Shown: positions 1 through 6,007 of the stretch, piece after piece
Layout: each line of letters begins with the position of its first letter
Position numbering within the stretch: position 1 is the first letter of the stretch
Assembly: GCA_031414595.1 (NCBI GenBank)
Contig: JANNVX010000117.1
Coordinates: 1-10,159, forward strand
From: Deinococcales bacterium
Lineage (GTDB): Bacteria; Deinococcota; Deinococci; Deinococcales; JAAFIG01
DNA: 10,159 bases
Direction of reading: 5' to 3'
Notes under the pieces: generated by a model
The model's input: only the letters and a program-made list of their open reading frames with translations
The model's database searches: none
Told to the model about the DNA's origin: nothing
Position numbers and translations under genes: made by a program

Positions 1-2
1 CA

Positions 3-28
3 GGACAGACACAGGGGTCTGTCCCTAC
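3..28 (-). repeat. GTAG-family REP hairpin (variant A)
   Basis: Minus strand reads GTAG-GGACAGAC-CCCTGT-GTCTGTCC: a GTAG tetranucleotide followed by an 8-bp stem. Confidence 0.85.
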
Positions 29-50
29 AAAATCCATAAAAATACGTCAG

Positions 51-76
51 GTAGGGGCGGACCCCCGTGTCCGCCC
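51..76 (+). repeat. GTAG-family REP hairpin (variant B)
   Basis: GTAG-GGGCGGAC-CCCCGT-GTCCGCCC. Same architecture as variant A, with two compensatory A-T to G-C stem changes. Confidence 0.85.
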
Positions 77-135
77 TGTGACCAATTGTCTGTTTTTGGT
101 CTATTTGAAATCAGGAAGTTATTCTTGGACAGTTC

Positions 136-1404
136 CTAAGAAACCAACAATGCCTGAGCTTCTTGCTCGAGCCGAACAACCCCTTGGACTTTGGCAAGTT
201 CAACGGCTTCTAAAGCTAGGCTCGAGTCATTATCTTTTTGGGCAACCAACAAAAGCGTGCGTAAAAGTAACGGCTGATGCGTCGTGGCTCGAGCCTCAGT
301 TAAGGCGTTGCGGGCAAAACTCCCGATTTTGGTAATCGCATACAAACTCATAAGCGCCCGAATCGTGGCGGTGCTGTCTTTGCCACTTCTGGCACGTTTG
401 AAGGCACGTTCTGCCATCTCAAGGGCTTTTTGTTTAGCGCCCCAAATCGCATGGGCATGGGCAAGTACCGCTAATGTTAAGGCACTGGCTTCTTCGGACA
501 GGACTTCGCTAATACCAACGGCTTGACCAAGCGAAATAACCGCTTCTTTGGGTTCTGTACTCTCTAAAATGGCTTGTTGCAGCTTTGCTTCACCAGCAAT
601 GGTCTTGGCAGACATAGCAAGAAAACCATCTTCGCTCTTTTTTGCCTCGAGAAAAGCGGCTTCGCAATTTTCTAAACATTCAGAGAAACGCTCCAAGAAA
701 CACAAAGCATTGGCTCGGTGCAACAACGCCCAACCTCGAGACTCGCCGCTTGGCAGGGTTTTGAGGGCAGTCAGCGCCTCTTCTAAGCGCCCTAGGCGTA
801 CCAGTGCAGCCGCATAATTAACGCTTGCCTCGAGTTTGGCTACTTCCTCGAGTAGAGGTAGGGCTTGTTCGATGGTTTGGGCAGTCTTTAAAATTCGTTT
901 GCGTTGCCAATAAAATTTTGCAAGTTCAAGTAAAAGTAAACCTGCAAACCTAGGCTCGAGTTTTTCTTGTTCGGCTTGCACATACATCAGATTTTTTTGT
1001 GCTTCCTCGAGCCGCCCGTTCTCCTCGAGTCCAGCCGCATTCTCGAGCAGCGCAACCAAGAAAATTCGGCGCAAAGCAAAACGCTCTCGGGCTAACCAAT
1101 CCTCAAATTCTGCTGTGCCGTTTGGCAAATTCGGGGCAAATTCGCCTTTTAAGTTATGTAATGCTTTTAAGTTGTCGCTGCTGGCGCGGTACAGCAGCAC
1201 ATCCGAAGCGCACTCGAGCCGCCACATCTTGCCAATTTGTTCAATATACGGCGCAAAAACACTTAAATTGGTGGGTAAAACAATTTCTATTGGTGTATCG
1301 CTAGAAGCCAGTCGGACAAGGCAAAAAAGTAATTCAGGTGCGGGTTCAACAATAGCATCATTGATTTTAAATTCAAGCCTACCCATTAAGCGAACCGATA
1401 ACAT
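136..1404 (-). CDS. BTAD-like / tetratricopeptide-repeat protein (SARP-like N-terminus), 422 aa
   Basis: Long ORF. N-terminus LSVRLMGRLEF resembles SARP/AfsR starts. GEFAPNLPNGTAEFEDWLARER resembles the BTAD motif. The Ala/Leu/Glu-rich helical repeats are TPR-like. No P-loop seen. Confidence 0.75.
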   Translation of the reverse strand: MLSVRLMGRLEFKINDAIVEPAPELLFCLVRLASSDTPIEIVLPTNLSVFAPYIEQIGKMWRLECASDVLLYRASSDNLKALHNLKGEFAPNLPNGTAEFEDWLARERFALRRIFLVALLENAAGLEENGRLEEAQKNLMYVQAEQEKLEPRFAGLLLLELAKFYWQRKRILKTAQTIEQALPLLEEVAKLEASVNYAAALVRLGRLEEALTALKTLPSGESRGWALLHRANALCFLERFSECLENCEAAFLEAKKSEDGFLAMSAKTIAGEAKLQQAILESTEPKEAVISLGQAVGISEVLSEEASALTLAVLAHAHAIWGAKQKALEMAERAFKRARSGKDSTATIRALMSLYAITKIGSFARNALTEARATTHQPLLLRTLLLVAQKDNDSSLALEAVELAKVQGVVRLEQEAQALLVS

Positions 1405-1416
1405 GACGCGATGCTA
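1405..1416 (-). promoter_or_regulatory. Leaderless-type -10 element for the BTAD/TPR gene
   Basis: Minus strand reads TAGCAT-cgcgtc-ATG (TANNNT-N6-ATG). No good -35 seen. Confidence 0.55.
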
Positions 1417-1448
1417 CTAACTTGGTTTGTCCTCTGCTAGGGACAGAT

Positions 1449-1477
1449 TTGCAAAAATCTTCAAAAAGATGTATACT
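1449..1477 (+). promoter_or_regulatory. Sigma70-type promoter of the gntR-put operon (leaderless)
   Basis: TTGCAA (1449-1454), 17 bp, TATACT (1472-1477), 7 nt, ATG (1485). No Shine-Dalgarno. Confidence 0.8.
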
Positions 1478-1484
1478 GTATACA
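1470..1484. promoter_or_regulatory. Putative GntR operator TGTATAC-T-GTATACA
   Basis: Perfect 7-1-7 palindrome covering the -10 and the predicted transcription start. It fits the GT-Nx-AC consensus of GntR-family sites. Confidence 0.75.
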
Positions 1485-2156
1485 ATGTCAAACCGAGATG
1501 CCCTATTTGCCCGTCCGCAATTGGTGCGAAACGAAGTCTACGAGCATCTGAAGCTCGAGATTCTATCGGGTATTCTCGAGCCGAACAGCAAACTTGCCGA
1601 AATCCCACTCTCTGAGCGCCTTGGGGTCAGTCGCACCCCCGTGCGTGAAGCAGTCCAACGCCTTGCCCAAGACGGACTGGTGTTAATACAAGCCAATAAA
1701 GGCGCAAAGGTACGCGGCATCAACGCCCAAGAAATCGAAGAAATTTATGCAGTGCGTGAAGTGCTGGACGGACTGGCTGCCAGACTTGCTGCCCAGCACC
1801 ACACAGCAAAAAACCTAAAAGCCATGCAAACCGCTCTAGGTAAACTCGAGAATGCACCCAGCACCGCCTACACCGAACAGGTGGCTGCCGACCTCGAATT
1901 CCACAATGCCATCGCTGCCGCAAGTGGCAACCATACGCTCGAGACGACGCTGCACAGCCTCGGGCAGAGTGTTGCTCGTGTCAAACTGCTGACTCGAGAA
2001 ACCAATCAAACTAAAGTTACAGAACTTTCGCATCACGCCATATTAGAAGCAATTCAAAATAAAGACCCAGAAGCTGCCGAATTCGCGGCTCGAGAACACG
2101 TCCGAGTGTTTAGACAACTCCTCCTCAATTCATTCAAAGGAAATCAAGATGCTTGA
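1485..2156 (+). CDS. GntR family transcriptional regulator (FadR/FCD subfamily), 223 aa
   Basis: wHTH motif LSERLGVSRTPVREAVQRLAQDGLV. FCD motifs DLEFHNAIAAASGN and HHAILEAI. Start moved to ATG 1485 on promoter geometry. Confidence 0.95.
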   Translation: MSNRDALFARPQLVRNEVYEHLKLEILSGILEPNSKLAEIPLSERLGVSRTPVREAVQRLAQDGLVLIQANKGAKVRGINAQEIEEIYAVREVLDGLAARLAAQHHTAKNLKAMQTALGKLENAPSTAYTEQVAADLEFHNAIAAASGNHTLETTLHSLGQSVARVKLLTRETNQTKVTELSHHAILEAIQNKDPEAAEFAAREHVRVFRQLLLNSFKGNQDA

Positions 2157-3066
2157 CCAATACTACCGTGCAGCAGTGCTGGGAATCGCCAACGCCGAAC
2201 CGATTAAAAACCTTGTGCAGACCCGTGGTTTCGGGCTTGCCAAACGCTTTGTGGCTGGAAACGAACTGTTAGACGCGATTAAAGCCGTGGAAACACTCGA
2301 GCAGGACGGGGTTCATGGGATACTCGATTTACTCGGCGAGATGATTAGCACCAAAGAACAATCCGACCCATTTGTACAAAAAATTCTCGAGATTTTCCCG
2401 AGTATTGCCAGTAAAACCTTTCCAAAATACGTTTCGATTAAACTTTCGCAGTTGGGCTTGGATGTTTCTAAAGACCTCGCCATCACAAACGGACGCAACA
2501 TCTTAAAAGCCGCCAAAGAAGTTGGTGCTTTTGTTCGTATAGACATGGAAGACAGCCCTCGAGTAGACGCGACTTTGGAAGTTTTTCGTACCCTGAAACT
2601 CGAGTTTGACAATGTGGGACTGGTTTTACAATCCATGTTGCGGCGCACCGAAAAAGACTTGGAGAATTTATCTGACCTTACGCCCAATTTACGAATTGTC
2701 AAAGGTGCGTACTTAGAAACTGCCGAACACGCCTACCCAGACAAAGCCGTGATAGACCACCAATACCGCCGTTTGGTTTACACCAATCTCGAGAAAGGCA
2801 ACCACACCGCCATTGCCACCCACGACCACAACATCATTAACGACATGAAACGTTTTACGACAGAAAGTAACATCCCCAAAGAACAATTTGAATTTCAGCT
2901 TCTATACGGAATTCGCCGCGACCTGCAAAAGCAACTGGCATCTGAGGGCTACACGGTTCGGGCATATATTCCTTACGGGCATGACTGGTACGCCTATTTC
3001 TCGAGACGAATAGCCGAACGCCCAAGCAATGCGCTGTTTGTGCTGCGCGGCATGATTGGCGGATAG
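2149..3066 (+). CDS. putB: Monofunctional proline dehydrogenase (PRODH), 305 aa
   Basis: Motifs RFVAG, SIKLSQLG, IDMED, LRIVKGAY, IATHD, EFQLLYGIR and YIPYGxxWYAYFSRRIAERP. Overlaps gntR by 8 nt. Confidence 0.95.
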   Translation: MLDQYYRAAVLGIANAEPIKNLVQTRGFGLAKRFVAGNELLDAIKAVETLEQDGVHGILDLLGEMISTKEQSDPFVQKILEIFPSIASKTFPKYVSIKLSQLGLDVSKDLAITNGRNILKAAKEVGAFVRIDMEDSPRVDATLEVFRTLKLEFDNVGLVLQSMLRRTEKDLENLSDLTPNLRIVKGAYLETAEHAYPDKAVIDHQYRRLVYTNLEKGNHTAIATHDHNIINDMKRFTTESNIPKEQFEFQLLYGIRRDLQKQLASEGYTVRAYIPYGHDWYAYFSRRIAERPSNALFVLRGMIGG

Positions 3067-3069
3067 AGT

Positions 3070-3092
3070 AAAAAGTGTCGTAGCTGCGACAC
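3070..3092 (-). terminator. Short hairpin after PRODH, with the U-tract on the minus strand
   Basis: GTGTCG-tagctg-CGACAC (3075-3092) preceded by AAAAA (3070-3074). Could be an antisense terminator or an mRNA-stabilising stem. Confidence 0.35.
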
Positions 3093-3147
3093 AAATTATA
3101 CTCGAGCAATCGGAAACCAAACTCGAGGAAAGGACGTAAAGGAATAC

Positions 3148-3627
3148 ATGAAAACATTTACTTTCAAAAAGAACTTTGCGCCACTTTGGTTAGCCGCTTC
3201 ATTGCTGGCATTGGTCAGTATTTTAAGTCTGACAGCCCCAAATCCAAACGCATGGTTTGCTTGGCTACTGATTACACCAATGTTGCTGGCACTTGTTTAC
3301 GGTTACTTTTACAGTCACGCCACAATAGACTCGGGTCACTTAAAAATCAGAGCAGATTTGTACTGGCACACGGTAAAACTCGAGGACATTGGACTCATAG
3401 AAGAAATAAACTTAAGACTCGAGCCAATGCTACACGCAGGATTTCGCAGTTGGGGTACGAGTTTGCCGACTTATAACACAGGAAATTTTACGTTAGCCAA
3501 CAATCAAAAAGGTTTTTTATTTGTTTCAGATGACCGACATGTGGTTCATATTCAAACAAAAAGTGATTTGCATATTTTGCTCAGTCTCGAGAATCCAAAA
3601 GAATTTGTGGCAGCGCTCAATGCTTAA
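3148..3627 (+). CDS. Membrane protein with bacterial PH-like domain (bPH_5-like), 159 aa
   Basis: Two N-terminal hydrophobic helices. The segment FRSWGTSLPTYNTGNFTLAN...HILLSLENP resembles bPH_5 family proteins. AAAGGA Shine-Dalgarno upstream. Confidence 0.7.
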   Translation: MKTFTFKKNFAPLWLAASLLALVSILSLTAPNPNAWFAWLLITPMLLALVYGYFYSHATIDSGHLKIRADLYWHTVKLEDIGLIEEINLRLEPMLHAGFRSWGTSLPTYNTGNFTLANNQKGFLFVSDDRHVVHIQTKSDLHILLSLENPKEFVAALNA

Positions 3628-4256
3628 TTCGAGAAGTTAGAGATTATACCAAAGAATGACAAACGCAAGTCACAAGAAATCCTACAATTTTATATTATAT
3701 GAATTCATAAATTGCATAAAAATTCTTGTACAAAACATAGAGAGGGACCATTATGCGTAAAGGGAATCAATTTCGTCTAGTTCCACCAATGAATGGAGGG
3801 TTTTGGATTTTAGTATTATTTGCGCTTTTACTTATGATTTATATGATTTTAAGTAATAAATCATTTAACTTTATTTCTCCATTTTTCTTAATTGTCTTGC
3901 TTTTTGGATATTTTGTTATGTTTTTAAATGATAAAAATAATTTTGTCTTAGTGAAAAAGAATAAAATAATTTTTTTGATTCAATCTTTATCTTTAATTAC
4001 AACTCCACTTAATTTTTCAAGTTGGGATATTGAAGAATTAAATATGAATGAAAGTTGCATTCTACTACCAAAAACAGAAGAGGCTAATTCTATTTTAAGA
4101 TTACACGAAATTTTGAATGATTCAGTAAATTATTTCGGTCTTAAAAAATTGAAAAATAACCAAACAATTTTTCGATTCCTCTCAAGAACTGATGTTCCAT
4201 TAGTAATTATTCCAATCAAATCAGGAGGACATATTCTGCTCAGTCTCGAGAACCCA
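3571..4256 (+). repeat. Imperfect 27-bp direct repeat (3571-3597 and 4230-4256) bracketing an AT-rich block
   Basis: catattttgctcagtCTCGAGaatcca versus catattctgctcagtCTCGAGaaccca, 25/27 identical. Both copies encode HILLSLENP. Confidence 0.85.
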
Positions 4257-4301
4257 GAAGCCTTTATTGCCGTCCTGAAGGAAGCCCATGCAAATACTTA
4301 A
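3753..4301 (+). CDS. AT-rich, divergent paralog of the upstream PH-like membrane protein, 182 aa
   Basis: Two N-terminal TM helices. The C-terminal region aligns with the previous gene (LxNNQxxFxFxS...IxxKSxxHILLSLENPxxFxAxL). GAGAGGGA RBS upstream. Confidence 0.65.
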   Translation: MRKGNQFRLVPPMNGGFWILVLFALLLMIYMILSNKSFNFISPFFLIVLLFGYFVMFLNDKNNFVLVKKNKIIFLIQSLSLITTPLNFSSWDIEELNMNESCILLPKTEEANSILRLHEILNDSVNYFGLKKLKNNQTIFRFLSRTDVPLVIIPIKSGGHILLSLENPEAFIAVLKEAHANT

Positions 4302-5169
4302 TGCCGCCCAAACCAAAGCGGCTCTCCCCTACTCGAGCCTTGCCGATGCCATCCGCGAAGTGCTGCTGGATGCCGATGCTTTTGCGCCTGAACGGGCGCG
4401 TCTCGAGTTACCAAATGGCGTGCTGCTCTTGATGCCCGCTAAAGATTCTGATTTTGCAGTCACAAAACTGGTCACAGTTCACTCGAGCAACACGGTGCTA
4501 CCCGCTATTCAGGGCGAAGTGATTCTGATGAATGCCCACACTGGCGAACGCCTGCTGATGCTCGATGGTGTGACCGTCACGGCTCGGCGCACCGCAGCCG
4601 TGAGTTTACTGGCTGCCCAGACCCTTGTGCCAAATAAAAGCGGGAATTTACTGATTGTTGGTAGTGGCACACAAGCCAGAAGTCATCTCGAGGCGTTCCG
4701 TGAGAATTTGGACATTGCACAAATCTGGATTACTTCAAGGAACTTTGCAAGAGCCTTAGCACTGGCAGAAGAATACGGGGTCATGGCTATCTCGAGGGGC
4801 GAAGAAGTGATTGAACAAGCCGATTTTATTTGCACCACCACAAACGCCGCCAGCCCTATCATTCCAGAAAACATTAAATCTAATGCTTTTATTGCTGCCG
4901 TTGGTGCGTACCGCCCTGACATGCTCGAGATTCCGTTTGGCATCACCCGCCGCGCTCGAGTCGTGGTGGATGATTTAATTGGAGCGCATTCAGAGGCTGG
5001 GGATATTATCCAAGCGGGTCTGGATTGGAGCAAAGTAGAATCATTACAATCTGTGCTGCAATTACACGCACCTAGCACTCAACTTACTTTGTTCAAAAGT
5101 GTTGGCTGTGCCTTGTGGGATTTAGCGGCGGCAAAACTGGCTTACTCGAGCCTTGGGAATCTGCCATGA
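4288..5169 (+). CDS. Ornithine cyclodeaminase/mu-crystallin family protein (OCD or delta1-pyrroline-2-carboxylate reductase), 293 aa
   Basis: Motifs LLLMPA, TARRTAAVS, Rossmann IVGSGTQA, AVGAYRPDMLE and LFKSVGCALWDLAAA. Confidence 0.9.
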   Translation: MQILNAAQTKAALPYSSLADAIREVLLDADAFAPERARLELPNGVLLLMPAKDSDFAVTKLVTVHSSNTVLPAIQGEVILMNAHTGERLLMLDGVTVTARRTAAVSLLAAQTLVPNKSGNLLIVGSGTQARSHLEAFRENLDIAQIWITSRNFARALALAEEYGVMAISRGEEVIEQADFICTTTNAASPIIPENIKSNAFIAAVGAYRPDMLEIPFGITRRARVVVDDLIGAHSEAGDIIQAGLDWSKVESLQSVLQLHAPSTQLTLFKSVGCALWDLAAAKLAYSSLGNLP

Positions 5170-5459
5170 CCGAAAACAATAATTTTGTTCACCCTTCTAT
5201 TAACCAAAGTTTGTATCCGCTCGAGATTACGGCACTGGTTGAAAAATCACTTTTTGAAGATAAGCGTGTTCGTGTCACCGATTTAGAAGGTTTGGTGATT
5301 AAAGATTTTAAGCCCGGCGCGGCAACTCGAGCCAGAACCACGGCGCAGAACCTGAGTAAAACCGAGTCCAAGCCGATGCTTGTTTGGTACGGGCGTTTGG
5401 TGGCGTTGCAAGCCAATTCAAGTGGTAAATTTTCTAATTATTTGCACGAAAAAATCTAA
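5166..5459 (+). CDS. Hypothetical protein, 97 aa
   Basis: ATGA overlap with the stop of the OCD-family gene suggests translational coupling. No recognised motif. Confidence 0.6.
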   Translation: MTENNNFVHPSINQSLYPLEITALVEKSLFEDKRVRVTDLEGLVIKDFKPGAATRARTTAQNLSKTESKPMLVWYGRLVALQANSSGKFSNYLHEKI

Positions 5460-5491
5460 CTTGATTTATTTAGGAAAAGGAGCAAAATGGT

Positions 5492-5704
5492 ATGATGAGC
5501 CTAGCCGAAGTCAAAGAACGAGTAACTGAACTCTCACAGCAAGAACGTGCTGACTTACAAGCGTTTCTACTGAGCTTAGAAGTAGAAGAATTAAGCCCAC
5601 AATGGCTCACTGAGATTGAGCGTCGTCGTGCAGATTTTCATTCTGGAAAAGTCAAATTTTTAACCCATGACGAGGTTTTCGCATCAACTCGAGTTAAAGA
5701 GTGA
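5492..5704 (+). CDS. Addiction-module antitoxin (putative addiction module component family), 70 aa
   Basis: Acidic small protein with LSxxERAxL and WxxEIERRxxxxxSGKV...TxDEV. AAGGAG RBS. Overlaps the toxin by GTGA. Confidence 0.85.
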   Translation: MMSLAEVKERVTELSQQERADLQAFLLSLEVEELSPQWLTEIERRRADFHSGKVKFLTHDEVFASTRVKE

Positions 5705-5991
5705 AGCCGTTATATCATCCAGATTTTCTCGAGGAAATGCTGTCCTTATCAAATCAGTTTCAATCAGATGGTTCAAATCCTTTTACAATTGCGCTCGAAG
5801 AAACAATTGCAGATGCTTGTTTGTTCCCCCATGCTGCACCCAAAACCCAGATTGATGGTATCCGCAAAAAGACTGTTGGAAAATACGAATTTCATCTGAT
5901 TTATGAAGTTCAAGCCGATACAATCTTGTTCTTCGCCATAGCCCATAAACGCCGTCATCCTTTTTACTGGATTCACCGCCTTGATTCATAA
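5701..5991 (+). CDS. Type II toxin, RelE/ParE superfamily, 96 aa
   Basis: GTG start coupled to the antitoxin stop. Motifs GIRKxxVxKYxFxLIY and C-terminal AIAHKRRHPFYWxxR are typical of ParE-like toxins. Confidence 0.85.
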   Translation: MKPLYHPDFLEEMLSLSNQFQSDGSNPFTIALEETIADACLFPHAAPKTQIDGIRKKTVGKYEFHLIYEVQADTILFFAIAHKRRHPFYWIHRLDS

Positions 5992-6007
5992 GGCTTTAGG
6001 AGTAACT

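Larger units (their letters stand above)
1..140. repeat. Left copy of a 140-bp repeat (REP-containing, MITE-like element end), truncated by the window edge
   Basis: 1..140 is the exact reverse complement of 10019..10158. Identity stops at CTAAG (136-140). No ORF with transposase features is present. Confidence 0.95.

Noticed and set aside
1-140. Terminal inverted repeats as ends of a linear plasmid, phage or autonomous transposon
   Set aside because: No replication, terminal protein, phage or transposase genes. The cargo is chromosomal metabolism, and the repeat length fits an assembler k-mer overlap.
78-335. 85-aa ORF starting inside the left repeat
   Set aside because: It starts in the REP element and runs antisense to the BTAD/TPR gene. 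No transposase or other motif.
1422-1484. Longer N-termini given by the ORF track for gntR (1422), the hypothetical (5115), pruA (5981) and the aminotransferase (7931)
   Set aside because: These are non-ATG starts overlapping promoters, leaders or upstream genes. Promoter or RBS geometry supports 1485, 5166, 6008 and 8009.
3698-3733. Palindromes TATGAATTCATA (3698-3709) and TTGTACAA (3726-3733) as extra operators
   Set aside because: Such palindromes arise easily in very AT-rich DNA, and neither matches the GTATAC operator.
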